From Rhodospirillales bacterium (GTDB lineage: Bacteria; Pseudomonadota; Alphaproteobacteria; Rhodospirillales; UBA2165), in the NCBI GenBank assembly GCA_965207535.1, contig CBDBMR010000008.1, positions 8 through 64,007 of the forward strand: a stretch of DNA of 64,000 bases, read 5' to 3'. Both the position numbers and the translations under genes were made by a program. Below, piece after piece: positions 46,142 to 55,278 of the stretch (the first letter of the stretch is position 1; each line of letters starts with the position of its first letter). Below the pieces are notes generated by a model. That model was not told where the DNA came from, did not search any database, and saw only the letters and a program-made list of their open reading frames with translations.

Positions 46142-48170
46142 TTGCGCCAGGTTAAGCCCTGGAGAGGAGGATGACATGATCTGAAACCTCTCGTCGCGAT
46201 CCAGCGGGTTCGACTCCCGCCCGGCAAAGGCGCAGCCCGCCGGCCGGAAGCGAGTCTTGCATGGCGTGCGGCGACGCTCGTCGTGAAGCGTAGACAGCAG
46301 GTGATGAAGCGGCGTGCAGCCTCGAAATCGGGAAATCGATGACGCCTTCATTGTTAAGCAGGTGGGGGCAGTACCGGAAGCGCCGTTACAGGCGAGGCGC
46401 AACGGGTCGTCCGGGGTCGTGGATCGGCGCAAAGTCACAGGATGGATCGCCAGGGAACCTGGGAGATCCTGCTCTTGCCCGCGGGCAAGGACGCTGGAAA
46501 GGGGACCGCCGGCGTGAACAATCCAGACCCCGGCCCGTCGCCGGGCCTGCGCGGCGATGGGAGCGCCCCACAGGGCGAACACGAACCCCGGCAGGCGCCT
46601 GTGGAGCCGGCTGGCGAAACCAATAAGCCGAAGGCCATGCGGGGGCAGGAAGTCGTAGCGCTCTGATAATACCGCTGAAGGCGGGGAACCGTGACCATCG
46701 GGACCCGCTGGAGGGAAGCGGAGCGTCACCTGAACAGACCCACTGATGGGAAACGCTGGAGGAAACCCTGAGTTCCACCAACACGTACACGAAACAGCAG
46801 TGGATAGCCGAACAGGCGAGGGAGCATCCGGATCGGGTGTTCACGTCCCTGCACCATCTGATCGACGGCGAGTGGATGCGCGAAGCGTATCGCCTGACGC
46901 GCAAGGATGGGGCGACAGGCATCGACGGCGTAACGGCCGCCGACTACGAGAAGGACCTTGAGGCCAATCTTGACGACCTCCTGGGCCGGATCAAGTCGGG
47001 CCGTTACTTCGCGCCGCCGGTGCGACGCCACTACATCCCTAAAGCGGACGGCACGAAACGACCGCTCGGCATTCCGACGTTCGAAGACAAGGTGGCGCAA
47101 CGGGCGATCCTGATGCTGCTGGAGCCGATCTACGAGGCGGACTTTCTGCCGTGCTCTTACGGCTTCCGGCCCAAGCGGTCGGCTCATGACGCCCTGGACG
47201 CACTACGCAAGGGCATCATTGAGCAGCGCCAAAGATGGGTGATCGACGCGGATTTGAAGTCCTACTTCGACTCGATCTCGCACACCCACCTGCGGTCATT
47301 CCTCGACCTGCGGATCAAGGACGGCGTCGCAAGGCGCATGATCGACAAATGGCTGAAAGCGGGGGTGCTCGAAGAGGGCACCGTGCACAGGCCGGTCGCT
47401 GGCGCACCCCAAGGTGGGGTGCTCTCGCCGATTCTCTCCAATATTTTCCTGCACCATGTGCTGGACAAGTGGTTCGAGAACGAGGCGAGGCCGCGCTTGC
47501 GCGGCAACTGCCAGCTGGTGCGATTCGCCGATGATTTTGTCGTTGCTCTCGAAGACCGCCAGAGCGGCAAGCGGCTGCTTGACGTTCTGGGCAAACGTCT
47601 CGGTCGATACGGGCTCACGCTCCATGAGACCAAGACGCGCTATGTGGACTTCCGCCGGAGGCGTCCCTACGGGCGCCACTGGATGGCATCGGCCACGACG
47701 TTCGACTTCCTCGGCTTCACCCATGTTTGGGGGAGGTCGATGCAAGGCAAGGACGTCGTTCGCCAAATCACGGCGAAAGGCCGTTTCGCCCGCGCGCTGA
47801 AATCGGTGCATGACTGGTGCAAGAGCAACCGGCACTTGCCGATCGAGGCGCAGCATGACTATCTTGCTCGAGCGATCCGGGGCCACTGCGCATATTATGG
47901 TCTTGCGGGAAACGGCAAACGTCTGGAGTGGTTCCGCTACCAGGTCGCCCGCACATGGCGGAAGTGGCTTGCACGCCGCAGCCGCCTGCGTCGAATGAAC
48001 TGGGACCGGATGAACGAAACCCTCAAGCGCTACCCCCTGCCGTCAGTCAAGTTCGTGCGCTCATGGCAAAACTCCTTGAGCGAACCTGTCAGGTGAGGAA
48101 CCGAGTGCGTCAATCGCGCACGCTCGGGTCTGTGGGGGGAGGGGCTCGGCAACGACCCCTCCTACCCGGC
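46142..48170 (+). mobile_element. Group II intron (bacterial class E-like, no endonuclease domain)
   Basis: 5' TTGCG. EBS1 TAAGCAG (46355-46361) is complementary to exon end CTGCTTA. RT ORF present. DV at about 48098-48130; DVI with bulged A48164; ends CCTACCCGGC. Removal restores the host frame. Confidence 0.9.
46837..48096 (+). CDS. ltrA: Group II intron reverse transcriptase/maturase
   Basis: IPKADG.KRPLGIP, SYGFRP.RSAH, DLKSYFD, PQGGVLSP, RFADD, FDFLGF. Frame is open upstream to 46747. Confidence 0.95.
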   Translation: MFTSLHHLIDGEWMREAYRLTRKDGATGIDGVTAADYEKDLEANLDDLLGRIKSGRYFAPPVRRHYIPKADGTKRPLGIPTFEDKVAQRAILMLLEPIYEADFLPCSYGFRPKRSAHDALDALRKGIIEQRQRWVIDADLKSYFDSISHTHLRSFLDLRIKDGVARRMIDKWLKAGVLEEGTVHRPVAGAPQGGVLSPILSNIFLHHVLDKWFENEARPRLRGNCQLVRFADDFVVALEDRQSGKRLLDVLGKRLGRYGLTLHETKTRYVDFRRRRPYGRHWMASATTFDFLGFTHVWGRSMQGKDVVRQITAKGRFARALKSVHDWCKSNRHLPIEAQHDYLARAIRGHCAYYGLAGNGKRLEWFRYQVARTWRKWLARRSRLRRMNWDRMNETLKRYPLPSVKFVRSWQNSLSEPVR

Positions 48171-48358
48171 CGGTTCACGACGGACACCCGGCGGCACTTT
48201 CCTGGCTCGGCGGCGTTCGCGGACATCGGACCTCGGCGTTGGGCGTCGAGCATTTCGGGCAAACCGGCACCATCAACGATCTTTACGCACACTTTGAAAT
48301 CGATTGTGATGCTATTCTCAGGGCCGCCGCCGCATTTCGCGGCCGGCCAATTCAGTAG
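48171..48358 (+). CDS. AceE/transketolase-like gene, exon 2
   Basis: Spliced A|CG GTT CAC GAC GGA CAC CCG = T-V-H-D-G-H-P, then ALSWLGGVRGH...LGVEHFGQTGTINDLY; joined CDS is 800 aa. Confidence 0.88.
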
Positions 48359-48378
48359 AGCCAAGGGGGAGACACGAA

Positions 48379-48957
48379 ATGGCCGACAACCAGCCAGGAA
48401 TTCCGGCTCCAACCATCAGCGAGGTGGTCCTGAAGACCGGCCGGTTCGATATCATGCGGGATTGGTACGTCACCGCACTGGCGACCGAGCCGTTTTTCAC
48501 CCGCGGCCGGCCGGAGAAAACATCGTGGACCAAGTCCCAGCAAATTGCCTTCTTCAAGCTCACCGGCTCTTATCCCTATACGCAGATACTCGGCATCTTC
48601 GAGGTGGACGGCACCGGCGATACGCCCGGCACGGACCCGGGCATGCATCATTTTCAGATGGCCCACGCCAGCTTCGATGAGTTGTTCGATCGCTACGAGC
48701 TCCTCAAGGCAGCTGGCATCTCTCCGTCCCAGACCTGGAATCATGGTGTCAGCACCAGCTTCTATTACGAGGATCCGGATGGAAACTGGGCCGAAATGAA
48801 CTGCGTCAATTTCGATACCGAGGAGGAGTTCCTGGGCTACTTCGAGACCGAGGCCTACAAGAAGAACATCTCCGGCATTCCCATCGACCCGGACGAGTAT
48901 ATCGGACGCTACCGCGACGGGACGCCGCGCAGGGAATTGGTCGTAATACCCGTCTGA
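48379..48957 (+). CDS. VOC (glyoxalase/extradiol dioxygenase) family protein
   Basis: GMHHFQM, WNHGVSTSFYYEDPDGNWAE. Confidence 0.85.
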   Translation: MADNQPGIPAPTISEVVLKTGRFDIMRDWYVTALATEPFFTRGRPEKTSWTKSQQIAFFKLTGSYPYTQILGIFEVDGTGDTPGTDPGMHHFQMAHASFDELFDRYELLKAAGISPSQTWNHGVSTSFYYEDPDGNWAEMNCVNFDTEEEFLGYFETEAYKKNISGIPIDPDEYIGRYRDGTPRRELVVIPV

Positions 48958-49082
48958 GCCTGTCCGGTGGGCGACCGCCCACAAAATTCCGGCCAAATCC
49001 CTTGGTTCGGGCGGAACATTCCGCCTATGCTTTCCGCTACGACTCGCACACGAAAAGCACGCGCAACAGGGAGGTCAGGACC

Positions 49083-50114
49083 ATGTTCAAGAAATTTGTT
49101 CTCGCATCTGCCGCAGTGGCGGCCATCGGCGCCGGCCAGGCAACCGCCGCCGATCTGAAGATCGCACATTTCGTCACCCCAAAGCATTCGGTGTCCCAGT
49201 GGATCGCCAACTGGTCGAAGAAGATAGAAGCCGGGACCGCGGGCGAAGTGAAGTTCACCATCTTCCCTGGCGGGCAGTTGGGCCCGCCGCCCAAATACTA
49301 TGATATTGCACGGCGCGGACAGGCTGACATCACCTGGTTGGTCCACGGGTTCACGCCGGGGCGCTTCCCGCTGTCGGAGATTTCCAATCTGCCTTATATG
49401 GTGGCGAGCGCCGAGGTTGGCGCCAAGGTGCTCAATGACCCGACGCTCAAATCCAAGTATTTGGCGCCTGAGCATAAGGGGGTGCAACCGCTCCTGCTGA
49501 TGACCCATCAGCCGGGGAATATTCACACGGCCAAGAAAGCAATCCGTTCGGTAGACGACGTGAAAGGCATGCGGCTCCGGTTCGCTTCAGCGACCATCAA
49601 GGAATTCGTGGCCGCCCTCGGCGGCACACCCGTCGGCATGCCGCCGACCCAGATCGTCGACAACATGCAAAAGGGCTCGATTGACGGCGCCTGGACCGAC
49701 TACGGCGGAGCCGGGATTGCCTTCGGCATGGGGCCGGTGACCAAGTACACCACCGAGATGTACTCCTATGTCGCCAGCTTCTGCATCTGCATGAATAAGA
49801 AGTCCTATGATGGCCTGTCGGCAGGTGCTCGCGCCAAGGTGGATCAGTCTTTCGTCGGCGTCGAAAAGGAGGTCGGCCACGAATGGGACAAGCTCGACCC
49901 CATCGGCAAGGGCATCATGATGAAAGCCGGTATGACGCCAGTGCGGCTATCCAAGGAAGAGGATGCAAAGTTCCGTGCGATCGGCGCCAAGGTCGCCGAA
50001 GCTAAGATCGCCGAGTTGGAAAAAAAGGGCCTGCCGGCGCGGGCGGTCTACAACATGATGAGGGAACTGGCGGCCAAGCACGAAAAGACGTCGCGCAGCT
50101 TCTGGACCCAATAG
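49083..50114 (+). CDS. TRAP substrate-binding protein DctP
   Basis: Signal peptide, FPGGQLG, FTPGRFP, KGMRLR; ATG after GGAGG. Confidence 0.92.
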   Translation: MFKKFVLASAAVAAIGAGQATAADLKIAHFVTPKHSVSQWIANWSKKIEAGTAGEVKFTIFPGGQLGPPPKYYDIARRGQADITWLVHGFTPGRFPLSEISNLPYMVASAEVGAKVLNDPTLKSKYLAPEHKGVQPLLLMTHQPGNIHTAKKAIRSVDDVKGMRLRFASATIKEFVAALGGTPVGMPPTQIVDNMQKGSIDGAWTDYGGAGIAFGMGPVTKYTTEMYSYVASFCICMNKKSYDGLSAGARAKVDQSFVGVEKEVGHEWDKLDPIGKGIMMKAGMTPVRLSKEEDAKFRAIGAKVAEAKIAELEKKGLPARAVYNMMRELAAKHEKTSRSFWTQ

Positions 50115-50141
50115 GCGACGAGACCGGGAACGCGTTTCCCA

Positions 50142-50660
50142 ATGTTTGGCGCACCGAGGGACGCGGCGAGGCCCTTTGGCCTCGCCGCCGCTTTGGTACT
50201 GGTGTTCATGATGCTGTTCACCACCTTCACCGTCGCGTCCCGGCAGTTCTTCGACTTCCCGATCCTCGGCGTGGTCGACGTGATGGAGTTGTCCCTCGTG
50301 GCGATGATCTTCGTCGCCATGCCCGGTGTGTTTCTGCGGGATGAGAACGTGACCGTGGACGTGATCGATCAGGTGATCTCCCGGAAGGCCCGCGTGGCGC
50401 TTCGGTTCTTCGGTTTGATCGTCACCCTCGTGTTTCTCATCGTGATGATGATCGAGATGGTCGAGCCGGCCCTCGATAAGCTGGAGTTCGCCGAGGTTAC
50501 GATGACTCTCAGCATCAACCGGTTTACCCATTGGGTTCCGATTATCATTGGATTTGCCCTCTCGATTATCGGCACCGTCTGGGTGGTCGTGCATTACTGG
50601 CGAACCGGGGTGCCGACGGATTCGACCCTCGACGGACCCCGGGAGGACTCGGCGCCGTGA
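50142..50660 (+). CDS. TRAP small permease DctQ
   Basis: Four TM segments, ENVTVDV. Confidence 0.88.
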   Translation: MFGAPRDAARPFGLAAALVLVFMMLFTTFTVASRQFFDFPILGVVDVMELSLVAMIFVAMPGVFLRDENVTVDVIDQVISRKARVALRFFGLIVTLVFLIVMMIEMVEPALDKLEFAEVTMTLSINRFTHWVPIIIGFALSIIGTVWVVVHYWRTGVPTDSTLDGPREDSAP

Positions 50661-51958
50661 GTACACAGGTCATTGGGCTGATCGCCATGGCCGGGCTGTT
50701 CGGCCTGATACTGTTGCGCGTACCGGTGGCCATCGCAATGGGGCTTACGGGATTGTTGGGGTACGCCGCTATCGACGGCTGGGAAACGGCGCTGATCACC
50801 GCCGGGTCGACCCCCTACGATCTCACGGACAAATATGCACTCACCGTCGTGCCACTGTTTGTGCTGATGGGTGTCGTCGCCTCCAAGGCCGGCATGTCGA
50901 AGGAGCTGTATCGAGCGGCGAACGCGCTGTTCAGTGGGTTCCGCGGCGCCCTGGCGATGGGCACCGTCGGGGCATGCGCGGGCTTCGGCGCCATCTGCGG
51001 CTCCTCGCTGGCCACCGCCGCCACCATGACCCGGGTCGCCGTCCCGGAGATGCGGCGGTTCGGCTATGACGAACGAATGGCGACGGGGGTCGTGGCATCC
51101 GGGGGCATCCTGGGCGTCCTGATCCCGCCCTCGGTGGTCCTGGTGATCTACGCCATCATCGCCGAAGAGGGCGTGCCCCAGCTGTTCGCCGCGGCCCTGC
51201 TTCCGGGGCTCGCCGGGGCCGCCCTGCATATCGTGGTGATCGCCGCAGTGGCGTTCGTGCAGCCGAACCGCATGCCCAGGAGCGCCTGGATGGGCTTTAG
51301 GGAACGCCTAGGCGAGTTTGGCGGGCTTTGGAAGATGGCCATCCTCTTCACCATCGCCGTCGGCGGCATCTACTCCGGATTCATGACGCCAACCGAAGCA
51401 GCCGCCGTCGCTGCGTTCGTCGCCATCATTATCGCCTTCGCCACCCGGACAATGAACTGGCGCGGACTGCTGGACAGTTTGCTGGAGACCGCGTGGACCA
51501 CCGGCATGTTGTTTGTCATCGTCATCGGCGCCTTCCTGTTTTCCTATTTCATGGCGCTCACCCAATTGCCCAACGCGATCACCGAGTATGTGGGCGCCCT
51601 CGGCGTCCAGCCCTGGGTGGTGATCCTGATGCTGGTGGCGTTTTATGTGGCGCTGGGCTTCTTCCTCGATGCCATCAGCATGATCCTGATCACGGTGCCG
51701 GTGTTCCTGCCGCTCGCCGAAGCGGTCGGCTATAGCGGCATCTGGTTCGGTATCCTGGTCCTGGTCGCCGTCGAGGTGGGGATGATCACCCCGCCGGTCG
51801 GCCTCAATATCTTCGTCATTCGCGCCCAGATGCCGGATATTGCATTGGGCGATGTCTACCGCGGCATCGTTCCATTCCTTGCCGCGCATTTCGGACTGAT
51901 CGCCATTCTCCTGCTGCTCCCGCAGATCGCGCTGTGGTTGCCGGCACGATTGTATTGA
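50657..51958 (+). CDS. TRAP large permease DctM
   Basis: VPLFVLMG, CGSSLATAAT, LIPPS, ITPPVGLN; GTG overlaps the dctQ stop. Confidence 0.94.
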   Translation: MSTQVIGLIAMAGLFGLILLRVPVAIAMGLTGLLGYAAIDGWETALITAGSTPYDLTDKYALTVVPLFVLMGVVASKAGMSKELYRAANALFSGFRGALAMGTVGACAGFGAICGSSLATAATMTRVAVPEMRRFGYDERMATGVVASGGILGVLIPPSVVLVIYAIIAEEGVPQLFAAALLPGLAGAALHIVVIAAVAFVQPNRMPRSAWMGFRERLGEFGGLWKMAILFTIAVGGIYSGFMTPTEAAAVAAFVAIIIAFATRTMNWRGLLDSLLETAWTTGMLFVIVIGAFLFSYFMALTQLPNAITEYVGALGVQPWVVILMLVAFYVALGFFLDAISMILITVPVFLPLAEAVGYSGIWFGILVLVAVEVGMITPPVGLNIFVIRAQMPDIALGDVYRGIVPFLAAHFGLIAILLLLPQIALWLPARLY

Positions 51959-51984
51959 CCATGCGGTGACGGGGATCGTCCGCC

Positions 51985-53082
51985 ATGAAGCTTTCATTGT
52001 TCTGCAGCTGCCGGTATCTGGGCCCGTCGGAGGGGAAGGGCTGGCCGGTCCCGGCGGACGACTACTCGCCGGAAGCCGCCGAGTATTCCTACGAAACCGC
52101 CCTCTCGCAGGCCGAGATGGTCGACCAACTCGGCTGGGACTGGGTGTCGGTGGCGGAGCACCACTATGCGCCCTTTTCCATCGCCCCGAATCCCATGGTC
52201 CTGGCTGGCGCGGTGACCCAGCGGGTCAAGCGGGCCAAGGTTGCCTTGCTCGGGCCCGACCTCCCCATCCTCAATCCGATCCGGGTCGCCGAGGAATTCG
52301 CCATGCTGGATACCCTGTCGAACGGCCGGGTGATCGCCGGGCTGATGCGCGGCACGCCGAATGAATATGTGACCTACAACGTCAACCCCGATGAATCCCG
52401 GGGCCGGTTCCAGGAAGGCCTCGAACTGATCAAGATGGCCTGGACGGAGAAACAGCCGTTCGGGTGGCAGGGCCGGTACTTCCAATACCGGACCATCTCC
52501 ATCTGGCCGCGGCCGGTCCAGGACCCGCATCCGCCCATGTTCATGTCGGGCTCGAGCCCCGAGAGCGCGGCGTTCGCCGCCAGGAACCGGGTGAGCCTGG
52601 GGTTCGCGGTCACAACCGTGCAGGCGGCCAGCAAGTCGGCGGCCTACTACCGCGAACAGTGCGCCGAAGCGGGCTGGGAACCGACACCGGACGACGTGAT
52701 ATACCGGATGACATTTCATATTTCGGACACCGACGAGCAGGCCGAACAGGATTTGCGTGATGCGGGCGCCAGCCGTTTCCGGGGCATCTCCATTCTCAAT
52801 CAGGACCTGATGGCCTCACTTCGCAAGACCGGATATTTCTCCGGCCCCGAGCACAGGCCATCGGAGTTGAAGGTGTCCCAGACCGGTCTCCGGGAACGGA
52901 TCGACAACGGTCAGATTCTGATCGGCAGCCCGGAGACGGTCATCAAGCAGATCCGGCGGGTGAGGGAAGGGCTCGGGGCGGGCATTCTCGATCTGACGGC
53001 GGCCATTCAAATCGGCGACAAAACCACGAAATCCATCGAACTGATGACCGAAAAGGTCCTGCCGGAAATCCGCGGCTGGTGA
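51985..53082 (+). CDS. Luciferase-like (LLM) flavin-dependent monooxygenase
   Basis: VAEHHY, NPIRVAEEFAMLD.LSNGR, WPRPVQDPHPP, GSPETV. Confidence 0.92.
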   Translation: MKLSLFCSCRYLGPSEGKGWPVPADDYSPEAAEYSYETALSQAEMVDQLGWDWVSVAEHHYAPFSIAPNPMVLAGAVTQRVKRAKVALLGPDLPILNPIRVAEEFAMLDTLSNGRVIAGLMRGTPNEYVTYNVNPDESRGRFQEGLELIKMAWTEKQPFGWQGRYFQYRTISIWPRPVQDPHPPMFMSGSSPESAAFAARNRVSLGFAVTTVQAASKSAAYYREQCAEAGWEPTPDDVIYRMTFHISDTDEQAEQDLRDAGASRFRGISILNQDLMASLRKTGYFSGPEHRPSELKVSQTGLRERIDNGQILIGSPETVIKQIRRVREGLGAGILDLTAAIQIGDKTTKSIELMTEKVLPEIRGW

Positions 53083-53987
53083 CGGAGGCGAGGCTTATGA
53101 ACGAGATGTTGAATCCGACCGGCCCCGAAGCCGGATTTACCGAGAAGTTCGTCCAGGCTGACGGCTTTGACATACGCTACCGCGAAGCGGGCGAAGGCCC
53201 CGCCGTCGTCGCCCTGCACGGTGGCGGCGGGTCGCGGATTTCGGGCGCCCATGCGCTGCTGTCGGAGAACTTTCGGGTGCTCGCCGTCGAGGCGCCGGGC
53301 TTCGGCAATTCGGACGAGAACACGCGCCATCGAACCATGTTCGAAATGGCCGACACCCTGCATGCCGCGATTGCCGCGCTCGGCATCGCCGCGTTCTCGA
53401 TCATCGGCAATTCCTTTGGCGGCCGGTTGGCGCTGTGCATGGCGGCACGGAACCCCGAACCCATCGACGCGCTGGTCCTGGTGGGGCCGGCGGCCATTCG
53501 GGAGGGGGGCGCGGTATTCGAGCAGAATCTTCGTAATATTCTCGGGGTGGGGCCGTCGGCCATCCGGGAGGGGGGCGCGGCGCCGGGGCGCGCCGACGGG
53601 TCCCATGAGAACATGGAAGCGTTGATGTACGCCCATCCGGAGAACATGCCGCCCATTCCCCGGCCCGATCCGGAGATCGTCAGGAAGCAGGCGGCGCTGA
53701 TAGAACGGTTACATGGTCCCGACCGGGATGAGGAATTGGAAGCGCGGATGCGCGAGATCGACACCCCGACCCTCGTTCTGCTCGGCACCGAAGACAAGCT
53801 TATCCCGCCCCGCATTGGCCGGCTTTACCGGGAGATCATGCCCAATTGTCATGTGGTGATGATCTACGATGCCGGCCATGCCATGGACGCGGAGCGGCCG
53901 GAGGCGGTGGCCTCCGTGGCCGGCGACTTCATCGCCCGGCGGGACGAATTCCTGATCAAGCGCACCGACGGCGCCATTCACCCCTAA
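53079..53987 (+). CDS. Alpha/beta hydrolase
   Basis: LHGGG, GNSFGG nucleophile elbow, GTED, AGH. Confidence 0.9.
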   Translation: MTEARLMNEMLNPTGPEAGFTEKFVQADGFDIRYREAGEGPAVVALHGGGGSRISGAHALLSENFRVLAVEAPGFGNSDENTRHRTMFEMADTLHAAIAALGIAAFSIIGNSFGGRLALCMAARNPEPIDALVLVGPAAIREGGAVFEQNLRNILGVGPSAIREGGAAPGRADGSHENMEALMYAHPENMPPIPRPDPEIVRKQAALIERLHGPDRDEELEARMREIDTPTLVLLGTEDKLIPPRIGRLYREIMPNCHVVMIYDAGHAMDAERPEAVASVAGDFIARRDEFLIKRTDGAIHP

Positions 53988-53989
53988 TT

Positions 53990-54040
53990 GCTTCCCGCAG
54001 CCGCCCTACTGGGCGGTCTGCATGGCTTCCCGCAGCCGCC

Positions 54041-54059
<19 letters not shown>
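53990..54059. repeat. Perfect 35-bp tandem duplication containing a hairpin at the grxD 3' end
   Basis: GCTTCCCGCAGCCGCCCTACTGGGCGGTCTGCATG x2. Confidence 0.85.
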
Positions 54060-54391
<332 letters not shown>

Positions 54392-54430
54392 TTCGGAAAA
54401 TTCCCCTCGGTTCGGGTAAATGGCGGGTGG

Positions 54431-54664
54431 TTACTCGGGAACGTTGGTCTGCAGCGCCAAGGCGTGGAGATCGGTCCCCATCTTTCCCTGGAGCGCTTGA
54501 TAGACCCGTTGATGCTGCTGAACCCGGCTCATGCCTTCGAATTCCTTGGAGATCACCAGCGCCGCATAGTGGTCGCCGTCACCCCGCAGGTCCTCGATCT
54601 GCACCTGGGCATCGGGGATGCTTTCCTTGATCATCCGCTCGATTTCGCCGATGTCCATCGCCAT
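54431..54664 (-). CDS. bolA: BolA family protein
   Basis: DLRGDGDHY, SRVQQHQ.VY, LHALALQT. Confidence 0.94.
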   Translation of the reverse strand: MAMDIGEIERMIKESIPDAQVQIEDLRGDGDHYAALVISKEFEGMSRVQQHQRVYQALQGKMGTDLHALALQTNVPE

Positions 54665-54812
54665 GGCCGGTTCCTCAACATCCGTCCCCGGGGATACCGC
54701 CCACGGGTTGATCCTGTTTTAGCCTATTTGTTTGACCAAGTGGTCCACAATTTCACTGTGAGACTTAGGCCGGGTTTCAGCCGATTGCAAGGACGGGAGA
54801 GAGGCCGCACCC

Positions 54813-55187
54813 CTATAGCCGCGGCTTCCAGTAGCCGCGCAGTTCCTGACCGCGGGGGTTGAACCGCTTGTAGCCGTCCGCCGTCTTCTTGATCTTGTTG
54901 CAGAAACGCCGGCCCTTGGCGTTGTTGAAGCAGATCTTGCCGTCGTCCGTCACCCGCCACTTGGTCTCGTGGGAATGGAGGTTGCCCGGCCGGTCGAACT
55001 GGGTGACCAGGACGCCGCCCGGCTTGAAATGCTGGATCATGTCGACGCCATCGCGGCCGCGGAGGTCGATTTTCCGGTCGTTGTAAAATGCCTTGAGTTC
55101 GGCGGCGGTCAGGAAGTCCTGGGCCGCCGCACCCTGCGGCAACGCGAGCAGCGCCAGCGCGATGGCGGCAAGAAACGCTTTCCCCAT
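54813..55187 (-). CDS. Secreted hypothetical protein
   Basis: Signal peptide, LTAAELKA, WRVTDDGKIC...C. Confidence 0.6.
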   Translation of the reverse strand: MGKAFLAAIALALLALPQGAAAQDFLTAAELKAFYNDRKIDLRGRDGVDMIQHFKPGGVLVTQFDRPGNLHSHETKWRVTDDGKICFNNAKGRRFCNKIKKTADGYKRFNPRGQELRGYWKPRL

Positions 55188-55278
55188 GGCAATTGGGTCC
55201 TTTCGGAATGAGTTGGCGGTCGGAATCAGGCCGATAAACAAGCGAAGGGATTCAACCTAAAACACGTGGTGTTCGGTG

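Noticed and set aside
43927-46155. AceE-like gene as a truncated pseudogene
   Set aside because: The missing C-terminus is present at 48171-48358 and is rejoined in frame by intron removal.
46837-48096. RT as DGR, retron or CRISPR-associated RT
   Set aside because: Group II intron RT0/maturase motifs plus DV/DVI and EBS1-IBS1 pairing identify it as intron-encoded.
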